Assembly (NCBI GenBank): GCA_002498125.1
Contig: DAGG01000027.1
Coordinates: forward strand, 35,862-99,861
Length of the DNA: 64,000 nt
Reading direction: 5' to 3'
Origin: Candidatus Woesearchaeota archaeon UBA525
GTDB lineage: Archaea > Nanobdellota > Nanobdellia > Woesearchaeales > UBA525
The translations under genes were made by a program, and so were the position numbers. The notes below the pieces were generated by a model that saw only the letters and a program-made list of their open reading frames with translations, searched no databases and was not told the DNA's origin. Below, piece after piece: positions 10,254 through 20,141 of this stretch. Numbering within the stretch: the stretch's first letter is position 1; every line of letters starts with the position of its first letter.

Positions 10254-10904
10254 TCAGGCGTAGCGCACATAAGAATCTTGCGGACTATCATGGTTGTTCG
10301 GGTACCAGAGGTCATAGAGCCGCAAGGACAGCTTCCTCCGGTCACGGACCCACGTCTCATCCAGTCCGTTGAAACCCGGCCGCGCTGACTCGATCGTGCT
10401 GTAGAACTCATTCCTGATATTTTCCGGAGCAGTGAAGACATTGAATGCTTCACGCACACCTATCTTCATGCAACCAAACCATCCCTTGCCACGCTCAAGA
10501 CGCCTGGCACGCGCCAGGAGGAGGTACTCGAGATCGACGTAGGCTGTGCGAGCGATATGGAGACCAGAATCCTGACCGGGGACAGGACCAAAACTGGCTG
10601 CGAGGTCAGACTGACGGCTGTACGACAGCACAGGCATCCTGACAGAGTCGTTGACCTGCCACTCGTACTCCTCCATGAGCGGCCCGTCATTGAACCGATG
10701 CGGATAGCGCAAATCGAAGCGCTTGACGAGATCTGTCTTGATGATGCCGAGCGCTGCGGCGACGCGCTCCACAGAGAACGGCTCAGCCAGGAGCAAGTCC
10801 TTCACATTGAGGAGGTCCTTCGGCTGCAGCCCTTGGATGCGAGGCACAACCAGGTACGGGGGGCTACGCTTTTTATAGGTGATGGCAGCCTTCAGTCTCG
10901 CCAC
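10254..10904 (-). CDS. hypothetical protein
   Basis: 216 aa ORF downstream of rpp21; no recognised motif. Confidence 0.4.
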   Translation of the reverse strand: MARLKAAITYKKRSPPYLVVPRIQGLQPKDLLNVKDLLLAEPFSVERVAAALGIIKTDLVKRFDLRYPHRFNDGPLMEEYEWQVNDSVRMPVLSYSRQSDLAASFGPVPGQDSGLHIARTAYVDLEYLLLARARRLERGKGWFGCMKIGVREAFNVFTAPENIRNEFYSTIESARPGFNGLDETWVRDRRKLSLRLYDLWYPNNHDSPQDSYVRYA

Positions 10905-10927
10905 TATGGCAAAACCATATAAATGAC

Positions 10928-12190
10928 ATGTCGGTGGGAGATGGCATGAGAATCCTCGACCTCATCAGGAGAGCCAAGCCGAACAGGACGCTCGTCTTGG
11001 ACGCGACTGCGACCCGCCAATGGCCGCAGCAGCTCGTCGAGCACCAGGGTCTGGACGCGGAGTTCAGGCGCTTCGCTGAGGACATCGAGGAGACCAAGGC
11101 ATCTGTCATCAAGACCGCGCGCCAGCTCACTGACGAGGATGTCCTCGCCGCCATCCCTGACCGTGCGCGGACCATGAACGCGCTCCACGGCAAGGAATAC
11201 TCATCACGCATCACCAAGCTCATGCAGCATGCATCGTTCACCGACATCTTCAGTTTCGACAAGCAGCAGGACGTCTACTTCGAGGCGGTCAATGAATTCA
11301 AGGACCAGACCTCCAAACACACGTCGGTCCTCAAGGAGTTCATGCACGACGAGCTCAAGGCTATCCAGGCACTCCTGCAGCAGCTTGAGGACAAGGTCAT
11401 CAACTTCACGAAGACGCTCGAAGAGCGGCAGTTCCCAGTGATCAGGAGGATCAATGATGCTGTCATCAAGCTCGACCAGCTCGAGGCGAGACAAGAGAAA
11501 TGCCATAGGCTGCTCACGAGCCTGGAGCAGGACCTCAAGCGCACGCAGGAGAAACGCCAGAAAATAGAGGACGGCATCAAGGAGCAGCTCGCGTTCGTGC
11601 GCAATGAGCAGTCGCTCGCAAGCCTCGACCGCCTTCAGGCACTCGAGCAGGAGCTCCATGACATGGCAGAGCAGTACAGGCAGCTCTCGCAGGAGGTGCA
11701 TACAGTCTACCGCAAGAACCCGACACTCGAGCTCACCTCCGAGGTGAAACTAGTGGTTGGTGAACTAGGCAAGGACACTCTACAATTCATCAGCGGCAAC
11801 GCTGAGCAAATCAAGCGCGCCTTCGAAGCGGTGGTCGTACAGTTCGAGGAGGAACGTCCCGCCAATATCCGCACGCTCGTCGAGCGGCTCACGCGCCTGG
11901 CAGGCAGCGTCGAGCAGGACTGCCGCAAGGCGCAGACCTCTGCTCCCGACCAGCGCAGCCTGAAGAAGGAGATGATGAAGGACATCGCTGCGCTGCAAGT
12001 CTATGACAAGCGGCAGTTCCTCATGCGCGCGCAGGCAGAGGAGGACGCCATCAAGCGCAAAGTGGAGTATCTTCAAGCTGAGGTCGATCCGAACAAGCAG
12101 ACTGTTCTTGAGAGGGAGATCAAGGACGCAGCGAAATCAATGGGTGCACTCATCAAGGACGAGCCTGTGCCAATCCAAGAAACCGCATAA
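10928..12190 (+). CDS. coiled-coil protein (420 aa)
   Basis: Long heptad-rich Q/E/L/K sequence; no enzymatic motif. Confidence 0.5.
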   Translation: MSVGDGMRILDLIRRAKPNRTLVLDATATRQWPQQLVEHQGLDAEFRRFAEDIEETKASVIKTARQLTDEDVLAAIPDRARTMNALHGKEYSSRITKLMQHASFTDIFSFDKQQDVYFEAVNEFKDQTSKHTSVLKEFMHDELKAIQALLQQLEDKVINFTKTLEERQFPVIRRINDAVIKLDQLEARQEKCHRLLTSLEQDLKRTQEKRQKIEDGIKEQLAFVRNEQSLASLDRLQALEQELHDMAEQYRQLSQEVHTVYRKNPTLELTSEVKLVVGELGKDTLQFISGNAEQIKRAFEAVVVQFEEERPANIRTLVERLTRLAGSVEQDCRKAQTSAPDQRSLKKEMMKDIAALQVYDKRQFLMRAQAEEDAIKRKVEYLQAEVDPNKQTVLEREIKDAAKSMGALIKDEPVPIQETA

Positions 12191-12221
12191 CCATTTAAAC
12201 AGCACCTTCTTGGCCACATCT

Positions 12222-12731
12222 ATGGCGCGCACCTTCAACGAGTTCATCAGGCTCTTCGGAGTGGATGAGCTACCAGACGCCGAGGCCTTGAAAAGGCCTG
12301 GCGCCGAGAAGGATCCCTTCTCGAGCGTAGTAAAGATAGGCAAGAGATACTTCTACGATCCCAAGGGGTTGCTCAAGCTCGCGCAGGAGAAGCACTGGGA
12401 CGCGTTCAGCGTCGGGCTCTACTTGGGCGAAGAGAAAGGGGATTTCCGCCCGACGAGCGCGCTCATCGACCTTCTCGCTGCGCGCAGTGAGAAGCGTGTC
12501 ATGGTCGGCAGCAAAGCAGCGTGGCTGTACCTGTGCGGCCGCGATATCCTCATGGACGGCGCGCTGCGCCCAGGAGACTATGTACGCGATGAGCTCGTGT
12601 TCGTCGTGGACAGCGAAGGAGAAATCCTCGGCTACGGCCGCATATTCGCGAACTATGACTCGAAGCTGCGCAACAAGATCTACGTCAAACACCAGCTCGA
12701 CAAGGGCGAGTACCTGCGCAGGGAACGATAA
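12222..12731 (+). CDS. PUA-domain protein, NIP7-like (UPF0113)
   Basis: Internal ATG at 12222; C-terminal KRVMVGSKAAWLYLCGRDIL...VFVVDSEGEILGYGR resembles the Nip7 PUA domain. Confidence 0.45.
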   Translation: MARTFNEFIRLFGVDELPDAEALKRPGAEKDPFSSVVKIGKRYFYDPKGLLKLAQEKHWDAFSVGLYLGEEKGDFRPTSALIDLLAARSEKRVMVGSKAAWLYLCGRDILMDGALRPGDYVRDELVFVVDSEGEILGYGRIFANYDSKLRNKIYVKHQLDKGEYLRRER

Positions 12732-12787
12732 TCTGCCACGTAACAAGTTTTTTATGCTCACAGCAGCTCATCTCACCAGGGTGGAGC

Positions 12788-13312
12788 ATGGGGAACCAAT
12801 CTGTCGATGATCTCGTGGAGGAAGCACTCCATCATCATATCGCGCTCCTGGAGAGCGCAGCGCTCCTGCCTCTGGATAGGGAAGACCGAATCCATCTCTA
12901 CACCTCTGCTGCGGACTGGAGATGCGACCATGATCCTTACCAGGTCCAATACATCGTGCGTCCTGAAGAAATGAACCTGGAGTATGCAGAGTTTGTCACA
13001 TCCCAACGCAGGTACAGGACAGTGCATTGGTTCGATATCTCCGCTCTTCGTGACACGCTCAACGTCGGCGGTGGACCTCTTTGGGATGTCCTCTCCCAAG
13101 AGGTGAGCGAACCCGTCATCACCAGGCCCTCCCGTAATCTTGAGAAACTCATCCCGGAGCTCCTGCCTGATATCGTCCAGATGGGACTGGACCTATACTG
13201 GCAAGACAAGAAGATAGAATGGAGCAAGGCGGTGATTGATGAGCTAGAGAGGAGTAGGAAGCGCAGCGATCGCGTCATCAACATCGCAGAATACAGGAAA
13301 AAGCGTTTATGA
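12788..13312 (+). CDS. hypothetical protein
   Basis: 174 aa ORF; no motif. Confidence 0.35.
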   Translation: MGNQSVDDLVEEALHHHIALLESAALLPLDREDRIHLYTSAADWRCDHDPYQVQYIVRPEEMNLEYAEFVTSQRRYRTVHWFDISALRDTLNVGGGPLWDVLSQEVSEPVITRPSRNLEKLIPELLPDIVQMGLDLYWQDKKIEWSKAVIDELERSRKRSDRVINIAEYRKKRL

Positions 13313-13387
13313 ACGGTCTCCTTTGCGAATCCTGTCGCTACAGCCGATTTAGGGCATACAGTTTCAAGGATTAGTAATATATACCGC

Positions 13388-13852
13388 GTGGGCATACACA
13401 CAGTAGATATGGGAAAGCACAAGAGACACAATCAAACGACGCCTCGGTCCAACGACATGCTCAAGCTAGGCATCGGTGTGCTCGGCATCGCCGTGCTCAT
13501 CGGCACGATATTCTTCATCCGCGCGCAGTTCGACCCAAACCCCGGCTTCGAAAACCAAGCAACCTCAGGCGGAGCGCAGATGCAAGACGGCGCGCAAGTC
13601 GTTAATATGGAAGTGACCTCGTTCGACTACCGACCGGCAGACCTGACGGTGAAGCAGGGCGTGCCAGTGAAGTGGGTGATTGATGGCAGCGGAGCGTCAG
13701 GTTGCACGCAGTTCCTCATTGCGCGCGACTTCGGCATCAGCCAACGCATCGTACGTGGAGAAAACATCATCGAGTTCACGCCGACACAGAAAGGGACCTT
13801 TCCGTTCAGCTGCTCCATGAACATGGCACGCGGCACAATCACGGTCGTATGA
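13388..13852 (+). CDS. cupredoxin-like copper-binding protein, membrane anchored
   Basis: TM anchor followed by a beta-rich domain with Cys/Met (GCTQF...FSCSMNM). Stop overlaps the MCO start (ATGA). Confidence 0.45.
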   Translation: MGIHTVDMGKHKRHNQTTPRSNDMLKLGIGVLGIAVLIGTIFFIRAQFDPNPGFENQATSGGAQMQDGAQVVNMEVTSFDYRPADLTVKQGVPVKWVIDGSGASGCTQFLIARDFGISQRIVRGENIIEFTPTQKGTFPFSCSMNMARGTITVV

Positions 13853-15288
13853 GACGCATCATTGCACTAGGACTCCTCATACCGCTCATTCTTGCCTGCT
13901 CGCAGCTCCCGCAAGCCCAACCTCCGCAGGAGATTGTCGTGGGAAACGGCGGAACATTGCAACTGTATGCGGCAGAGGTCGAGAAGACCATCGCAGGCAA
14001 AGAGCAGCGGATGTACGCGTACAACGGGCAGATACCGGGTCCGCGCATACGGGTCACGCAGGGGTCCGGGATTAAGGTGAATTTCACCAACAGCCTCGAC
14101 GAGCCTACCACTGTGCACTGGCACGGCTTACGGCATGATGTCAAGGATGACGGTGTACCCATCATCTCGCAGAAGGAGGTGCAGCCAGGAGAGAGCTTCC
14201 TCTACAATCTCGATTTCCCTGATGAAGGCATCTTCTGGTACCATCCGCACGTCCGAGAAGACCGCCAGCAAGAGCTGGGTCTCTCCGGCAATATCATCGT
14301 GGAGCCCACAGATAATCACTACAGCCAGGTCGAGCACGAGGAATTCCTCGTCCTGGATGATATCTTCCTCGAAAACGGCAAGATTGTCGGATTCGGCGCA
14401 GAGCACGCTAACTTCGCGCTTATGGGACGATACGGCAACATCCACCTCGTGAACGGAGAGGAGAAATACTCGCTGGACGTCGCGCAAGGGGACGCTGTAC
14501 GTTTTTACATCACCGCGGTCTCCAACGTCAGGCCGTTCAACCTGTCGATTGAAGGCGCGACGCTCAAGCTGGTCGGGGGTGACATCGGACGCTATGAACG
14601 TGAAGAACTCATCGATAGCGTCATTATCGGACCGGCCGAACGCTATGTTGTCGAAGCGACGTTCAACGAGCCTGGGGCCTTCCGCATCCGTAACGTCAAC
14701 ATGTGGGACAGCTACGATCTTGGCGAGATACGCGTCAAGCAGAGTGGCAAGAGAAGTGAGAGCGCATTGCGCAGATACAAAGACGTCGAGGCGGACATCG
14801 CTCAGTACCGCGAGCACTTCGACCGTCGTGTCGATGAGACGCTCCGCCTGAGCGTGGAACTCGAGCATGCAGAGGAGATGCGTAGCCTCACGAACATCGA
14901 ATGGGAGGATACAATGGTCGAGGAGAACCGCCACTCCACACCTGAGGACGTACGGTGGATATTGCGTGACGAGCAGACTGGAGCTGAGAACATGGACATA
15001 TCCTACAGGTTCTTGGTAGGCGATGTGAAGAGGATCCGCGTCATCAATGATGCGGAGTCGGCGCATCCCATGCAGCACCTCATCCACATCCACGGGCAGC
15101 GATTCCTCATCCTCGAACAGGATGGTATAAGGAACACCAACATGGTATGGAAAGATACGTTCCTCATCCCCACAGGAAGCTATGTTGATATCATCCTGGA
15201 CGCGAGCAATCCAGGCACGTGGATGACCCACTGCCACATAGCAGAGCACCTAGAAGCGGATATGATGATGACCATGACGGTCGTATGA
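13849..15288 (+). CDS. multicopper oxidase (lipoprotein)
   Basis: HWHG, HPH and HCHIAEH...M copper-ligand motifs; lipobox LILAC signal peptide. Confidence 0.8.
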   Translation: MRRIIALGLLIPLILACSQLPQAQPPQEIVVGNGGTLQLYAAEVEKTIAGKEQRMYAYNGQIPGPRIRVTQGSGIKVNFTNSLDEPTTVHWHGLRHDVKDDGVPIISQKEVQPGESFLYNLDFPDEGIFWYHPHVREDRQQELGLSGNIIVEPTDNHYSQVEHEEFLVLDDIFLENGKIVGFGAEHANFALMGRYGNIHLVNGEEKYSLDVAQGDAVRFYITAVSNVRPFNLSIEGATLKLVGGDIGRYEREELIDSVIIGPAERYVVEATFNEPGAFRIRNVNMWDSYDLGEIRVKQSGKRSESALRRYKDVEADIAQYREHFDRRVDETLRLSVELEHAEEMRSLTNIEWEDTMVEENRHSTPEDVRWILRDEQTGAENMDISYRFLVGDVKRIRVINDAESAHPMQHLIHIHGQRFLILEQDGIRNTNMVWKDTFLIPTGSYVDIILDASNPGTWMTHCHIAEHLEADMMMTMTVV

Positions 15289-15666
15289 TCATTTCTTGCC
15301 GATACTGACGAATGCCCTGGCGCCTATGGCCTGCGGATAGCTCAGGCAGGTAGAACACTTGCGATTAGGAGGGCAGTGCTGCGTCCCTGCGTGCTTCACG
15401 CTCCACTGCTCGAGCGGCTCGAGGGCCTCATAGAGCGCCTTGCCTGCCGGCGTCAGCTGGTACCTGCCGCGTTGCTCAACGATGCGCTCCTGCTGCAGGA
15501 GCTTGAGCTCACGCGTAAGGATATGGTTCGTGATGAACCGCAGCTCACGCTGCAGGTCCGAAAATCCCATCGGCTCAGACAGTGCCTTGATTATCGGATA
15601 GCTCCACTTGCGCGAGAGCACACGGATAGGGTAGAGGCGCGGACACGATCTTGCGTCTTCAGGCAT
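15289..15666 (-). CDS. HxlR-family winged-helix transcriptional regulator
   Basis: CP..L..KWSYPII..L motif typical of HxlR/MarR-like regulators. Confidence 0.65.
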   Translation of the reverse strand: MPEDARSCPRLYPIRVLSRKWSYPIIKALSEPMGFSDLQRELRFITNHILTRELKLLQQERIVEQRGRYQLTPAGKALYEALEPLEQWSVKHAGTQHCPPNRKCSTCLSYPQAIGARAFVSIGKK

Positions 15667-15784
15667 CAAGAAGAGGCAGGAAAAGCGGATTTATAAATGT
15701 ATCATCAGAGATACGAGATGCTCGATACAAATGCGCGACCACGAGCCATCAAGCATATAAAAGAATAGCGTGTAACGGTAGCAT

Positions 15785-16252
15785 ATGCAGGACATCAACC
15801 AGAAACTCTTCGGCGCAGTGCTCATAGGACTCGCCCTCATCCTCATGTTCGTCCTCATCTTCGTGAAGATACAGAGCGACAAGGAAGGGGCGTTCCTCTG
15901 CCAAATCGTTGCCGAGAGTCCCGACATGAGCATGGCAGACTGCCCTGCACACAACAGCAGCAACTCCTGGCTCATCATGGTCGCCTTTGGAGTGGCATTC
16001 CTCATGCTCGGCGCGGGAGCATACCTCTCATTGCAGGGCCCTAAAGAACGCAGGACCAAGAAGCTCGACGAGGAAGAGCAGCGCATCGTCGAAATCCTCA
16101 AGCAACGCGAAGGATCCATGTACCAGAGCGACCTCATGAAGGAGCTGGACTATACCAAGGTCCGCATGACCAGGACCCTGGACAAGATGGAGAGCAAGCA
16201 CATACTCGAGCGCAAGCGGCGCGGGATGACGAACATCATCGTCCTCAAGTAG
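15785..16252 (+). CDS. membrane-anchored winged-helix regulator (MarR/TrmB-like)
   Basis: Two TM helices followed by an HTH (IVEILKQREGSMYQSDLMKELDYTKVRMTRTLDKME). Confidence 0.5.
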   Translation: MQDINQKLFGAVLIGLALILMFVLIFVKIQSDKEGAFLCQIVAESPDMSMADCPAHNSSNSWLIMVAFGVAFLMLGAGAYLSLQGPKERRTKKLDEEEQRIVEILKQREGSMYQSDLMKELDYTKVRMTRTLDKMESKHILERKRRGMTNIIVLK

Positions 16253-16294
16253 ACACCTCACCTCTTAATCCCGATTTTCTCTCGTTTTTCTCTT

Positions 16295-16354
16295 GTTTCA
16301 AGCGCCTGAAACCCTAGTGAAACTTTTTCTCGTCGAGAAATGAAACTGGTTTCA
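16295..16354 (+). promoter_or_regulatory. cluster of TGAAAC/GTTTCA operator-like repeats upstream of the Cu-island operon
   Basis: GTTTCA(16295-16300)-n6-TGAAAC(16307-16312), TGAAAC(16318-16323), and the perfect palindrome TGAAACtgGTTTCA(16341-16354). Confidence 0.4.
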
Positions 16355-16413
16355 CAGGCACTTAGATATGGTGTTCCGCCTTGAGTCTCTTAAAACACCT
16401 GTGAGGTGCGTGT

Positions 16414-17094
16414 GTGAAAAGAGACAATGCATATACAGTCATCATCGGCCTGATGCTGGCGGCGCTGTTCATCAGCAGCTTCAACATGTATACGTTGAGC
16501 AACCTGGAGATGTCCGCCCAGATGTCAGCCACCACAACGACAGGATCAGTGCAGACCGCGCTTGCGCAGTCGCCATCTGACGTGACGCCGAAGGGCGAGC
16601 CACGCATCTACGGCAAGGAGCTGGGAGTGGCATATGACCACGTGCACGCCAGCAACCCTAAGCTAGCGGATGCGACCATCAACAAGCTGGCAAAGCTCGA
16701 TGTGGACATCCAACTCACCGAGGACCAGAAGGCGCGCTACATCAATATCCTCTACAAGATGGATAACGGCATCTCCTGCGAGTACTGCTGCGGAGCTCGT
16801 GCCATCATCTTCGAGAACGGCGAGCCTGCGTGCGGATGTGCGCACAGCTATGCGATGCGTGGAGTAGCAAAGTACCTTATCACTGAGCACGGCAGCGAGT
16901 TCACCGACGCGCAGATACTAGAAGAAGCCGCGAAATGGAAGACACTCTTCTTCCCGACGCAGTCTGCAGCCAAGGCAGAGATCCTCAAGGCCCAAGGTAT
17001 CGAGCCGAACTACATCAACATCGGCAGCAACAAGTACCGCGGCATTGAGCAGGGCGCCGGCAGCGGCGGCGGCGGAATGGTAGGAGGATGCTAG
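16414..17094 (+). CDS. Cys-rich membrane-anchored protein ending -MVGGC
   Basis: N-terminal TM; CEYCCGARAI...PACGCAH cysteine cluster; Gly-rich tail ending GGGGMVGGC*. Confidence 0.5.
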   Translation: MKRDNAYTVIIGLMLAALFISSFNMYTLSNLEMSAQMSATTTTGSVQTALAQSPSDVTPKGEPRIYGKELGVAYDHVHASNPKLADATINKLAKLDVDIQLTEDQKARYINILYKMDNGISCEYCCGARAIIFENGEPACGCAHSYAMRGVAKYLITEHGSEFTDAQILEEAAKWKTLFFPTQSAAKAEILKAQGIEPNYINIGSNKYRGIEQGAGSGGGGMVGGC

Positions 17095-17103
17095 GTGATA
17101 CAC

Positions 17104-17346
17104 ATGGATGAAGAACATAAATCCCAGAAGTCCAAGCGCAAGACAGAGAGCTCAGCTCTCTTCTACGTCTTGATAGGCATGGTATGCCTGCTGCTCGTCT
17201 TCTCGACGGTGCAGACTGTGCAGATCATGAAGTTCAAGGAGAAAGTGAGCACCGCGAGCAGCGTCACCACTGTGGCGGCAGCAGCGCCAGCAGCGCAAGC
17301 GCCGGCACCGAGACCCGCGGCACCGACAATGGTCGGAGGGTGCTAG
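17104..17346 (+). CDS. small TM protein with Ala/Pro-rich tail ending -MVGGC
   Basis: 80 aa from the internal ATG; one TM helix; ends PTMVGGC*, identical to the upstream protein's C-terminus. Confidence 0.4.
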   Translation: MDEEHKSQKSKRKTESSALFYVLIGMVCLLLVFSTVQTVQIMKFKEKVSTASSVTTVAAAAPAAQAPAPRPAAPTMVGGC

Positions 17347-17347
17347 C

Positions 17348-17806
17348 ATGAAGCGCAACGGCTGGATAGCAACGGCAGCGGTGGCAGTCATCGCTATGGT
17401 GCTCATCTGGTTCGCAGTGAGTCCTGCTGAGGCCTCAGTGCTCGACGGCAAATCCGCTGTCGTGCACAAGGGCGACAGCTGCGGCTGCTGCAATGTGTAC
17501 GTCGGCTATGCAGAGAAGACCATGGCTGTCCAGGTGCTGAACAATGGCGAGGCCATCAAGAACCAGTACAATATCCCGACTGACCTCAGGAGCTGCCACA
17601 CGACAGTGGTCGATGGCTACTTCGTGGAAGGGCATATGCCCCTTGAGGCGATCGAGAAGCTGGTGACTGAGAAGCCCGACATCGCAGGCATCGCGTTGGC
17701 AGGGATGCCGTACGGCAGCCCGGGCATGCCAGGAGCAAAGCAAGGACCGTTCATCGTGTATGCGGTGAACAAGGACGGCACGTACCAGGAGTACATGCGG
17801 ATATGA
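17348..17806 (+). CDS. DUF411/CopG-like metal-binding protein
   Basis: Signal/TM anchor, CGCC motif and conserved His; the family is commonly found in copper-resistance clusters. Confidence 0.6.
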   Translation: MKRNGWIATAAVAVIAMVLIWFAVSPAEASVLDGKSAVVHKGDSCGCCNVYVGYAEKTMAVQVLNNGEAIKNQYNIPTDLRSCHTTVVDGYFVEGHMPLEAIEKLVTEKPDIAGIALAGMPYGSPGMPGAKQGPFIVYAVNKDGTYQEYMRI

Positions 17807-17830
17807 GCAGCGGAGAGGAGGGATGAAACC

Positions 17831-18382
17831 ATGAAAGTACCACCAAAAGCGGCATTATTCCCCCTCTCCATCCTTTTTTCCATTCTCTCTTCAATCCAGG
17901 TCCACGCCCACTGCCCGCTATGCACTATGGGTGCGGCGGCAGCAGCAGGCGGCGCGATGTGGCTCGGAGTCAGCGGCACCGTGGTCGCACTCTTCATCGG
18001 AGCGTTCGCGGTCAGCATGGGATTGTGGATCGGCCGCATAATCAAGAAGCAGTACATCCCGCACCAGACTGCGTGGATAACTCTCGTATCGTTCGCGACG
18101 ACAGCATTGCCGGTGCTGCCATTCATGATGTCTGGCACACCCGGCGACTACATCCCTATCTTCATCTCATGGGCGGGGGAGTACGGATCGCTCCTGAACA
18201 GGACGTACCTCATCAATATCCCCCTCATCGCTACGCTCGTCGGAGCAGGCATAGTGCTCGCGGCACCGTGGATGAGCAGGAAGATTACTGACTTGCGCGG
18301 CGAGACCCTGCCATACCAAGGAGTATCGCTCACGCTCATCATCCTCATCATCAGCGCCACGGCGCTCCAACTCATCATATGA
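17831..18382 (+). CDS. membrane protein with HCPLC motif
   Basis: Signal peptide, HAHCPLC motif, multiple TM helices. Confidence 0.45.
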   Translation: MKVPPKAALFPLSILFSILSSIQVHAHCPLCTMGAAAAAGGAMWLGVSGTVVALFIGAFAVSMGLWIGRIIKKQYIPHQTAWITLVSFATTALPVLPFMMSGTPGDYIPIFISWAGEYGSLLNRTYLINIPLIATLVGAGIVLAAPWMSRKITDLRGETLPYQGVSLTLIILIISATALQLII

Positions 18383-18831
18383 CCATGGATCCCATACTCA
18401 TAGCAGTCATCAGCATCACAACGGTATTCGTCGCCATGCTGCTGGTCAAGAAAGCGCTCGAGCGTCTCATCAAGCATCCCCTATGCGCCATATGCGTGGC
18501 TGTCAGCGTCACCTGGCTGACGCTGCTTGCGCTCAACATCATCGGAGCCTTCGATGACAAGGTGCTCATAGCGCTCCTCATGGGCCAGACAATCATAGGG
18601 CTGTACTACCTCATCGAGCAGAAAGCAGCAGAGCAGCTCATGGTGTTCCGCCTGCCACTCCTGCTCACGCTCACAGCAGCAGGGTACAGCATCATCATAG
18701 GCCGGCACTCATATACGACGATGGGATTCCTCGCAGTTGTCTGGGGAGCGTTCCTCGTCATCTTCGCGTTCAAGGACCGCGGCACACGCGCCTGGTTTAA
18801 CCGGGCAGTGGAGTGCTGCAAGAGGTGGTAG
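18379..18831 (+). CDS. membrane protein with CxxC (HPLCAIC) in TM1
   Basis: 4 TM; possible thiol-disulfide or metal-handling role. Confidence 0.45.
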   Translation: MTMDPILIAVISITTVFVAMLLVKKALERLIKHPLCAICVAVSVTWLTLLALNIIGAFDDKVLIALLMGQTIIGLYYLIEQKAAEQLMVFRLPLLLTLTAAGYSIIIGRHSYTTMGFLAVVWGAFLVIFAFKDRGTRAWFNRAVECCKRW

Positions 18832-18833
18832 AT

Positions 18834-18911
18834 ATGGAATGTTGCGGAAGCGATTGCTGTAAGAACAAGAAGGACAAGAAAGAGAAGAAAGAGGGCTGCT
18901 GTGAGAAGTAG
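18834..18911 (+). CDS. 25-aa Cys-rich peptide MECCGSDCCKNKKDKKEKKEGCCEK (metallothionein-like)
   Basis: Manual translation; three CC pairs; absent from the ORF track (<60 aa). Confidence 0.35.
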   Translation: MECCGSDCCKNKKDKKEKKEGCCEK

Positions 18912-19103
18912 CGCCTGGTTCGCCGCATGCGTCGGCATAGCCATCGTCGCGGCAGCGCTGTTCCTCTACACTGAACGGCCTCTCTTCTGGCTCCTGCTCC
19001 TGCTATGCCCTGCCATTCACCTATGGATGATGAAGAATATGCACAAGAGCGCGGACAATGATGGGGATAAGGGCGCAAGGAAGGATAAGCGGAGTTGCCA
19101 CTA

Positions 19104-19691
19104 ATGGACTGCTGCACGAAAAACGGAGAGACGGCGAAACGCAAGAGGCGGGGCGTGAGAGACCATCGACCATTCCTCTGGGGGCTTGGCGCCGCACTCG
19201 CCATGCTCGCGTTTTACACCGCGCTCCTGTCCATCCTGAATTCGCCTGTTCACGCGTGGGATGAGTTCGCGAAGATGTGGTACTGGATCACTGCCATCGC
19301 TCTCGGCTTCGGCCTGCAGATAGGGATGTACGCGCACATCAAGATAACGCTCAAGCACCGCGAGGGCACCGGCGCTGTCGCGGCCAGCGGCGGGATGTCC
19401 GGCGCGGCGATGGCGGCATGCTGCGCGCACCACCTGAGCGAAGTGCTGCCGCTCCTCGGCCTCGCTGCGCTATCGACGTTCCTCGTGCGCTATCAGTCCG
19501 CATTCCTCGCTGTAGGTCTTGCGTCTAACATCATCGGCATCATCATCATGCTGACACACATCAAGAAGCACGGCCTGTATGCGCGCGGGGGGCTGCTCGA
19601 TAGGCTCCTGCGCAAGCAGGACATGCTCCATGCTGCAGCAGCGCTCGCTGTCGGCGCGCTCATCGCGTTCAGCATCATAGGATTCATCTAG
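19104..19691 (+). CDS. membrane protein starting MDCC with internal AACCAHH motif
   Basis: Internal ATG gives MDCCTKNGE...; ~5 TM helices; second vicinal Cys pair. Confidence 0.45.
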   Translation: MDCCTKNGETAKRKRRGVRDHRPFLWGLGAALAMLAFYTALLSILNSPVHAWDEFAKMWYWITAIALGFGLQIGMYAHIKITLKHREGTGAVAASGGMSGAAMAACCAHHLSEVLPLLGLAALSTFLVRYQSAFLAVGLASNIIGIIIMLTHIKKHGLYARGGLLDRLLRKQDMLHAAAALAVGALIAFSIIGFI

Positions 19692-19700
19692 GAGGTAACT

Positions 19701-20141
19701 ATGGAAGAGAAGAACCTTGTCATCGGCCTGTGGACCATCATTGGTATCGGCCTCGTTTTCGCTGCGTACCTGCTCTTCGGGAGCCAGGACACAATCGCTG
19801 CGAGCAACGTACCGGCGGCAGCGCCAGGGAGCATCGTACGCACAGGCACGACAGATGATGGCGACGTAAGCGTCGACCTGACGCCGCTCGGCATCACCGA
19901 CGGGCATCTCGTCTTCGATATGGCGATCAACACCCATTCAGTCGACCTGAGCGGCATTGACCTGACGCGCGCTGCGCAGCTTGAGTACAACGGCAAGAAG
20001 GTGTACGCTGACGGCGCTCCGCAGTTAGGAGGCCATCACATATACGGCGGGCTCACATTCCCGGTCGAAGGCACGCCCCAGAGCTTCACAGTGACCATCA
20101 AGGGCATACCGAAGCAGCAGGAACGGGTCTTCAGGTGGTGA
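19701..20141 (+). CDS. membrane-anchored hypothetical protein
   Basis: SD-like ggagg 8 nt upstream; N-terminal TM followed by a beta-rich domain. Confidence 0.45.
   Translation: MEEKNLVIGLWTIIGIGLVFAAYLLFGSQDTIAASNVPAAAPGSIVRTGTTDDGDVSVDLTPLGITDGHLVFDMAINTHSVDLSGIDLTRAAQLEYNGKKVYADGAPQLGGHHIYGGLTFPVEGTPQSFTVTIKGIPKQQERVFRW

Noticed and set aside
14128-15249. 373-aa minus-strand ORF
   Set aside because: Fully inside the multicopper oxidase gene on the opposite strand; the MCO has unambiguous Cu-ligand motifs.
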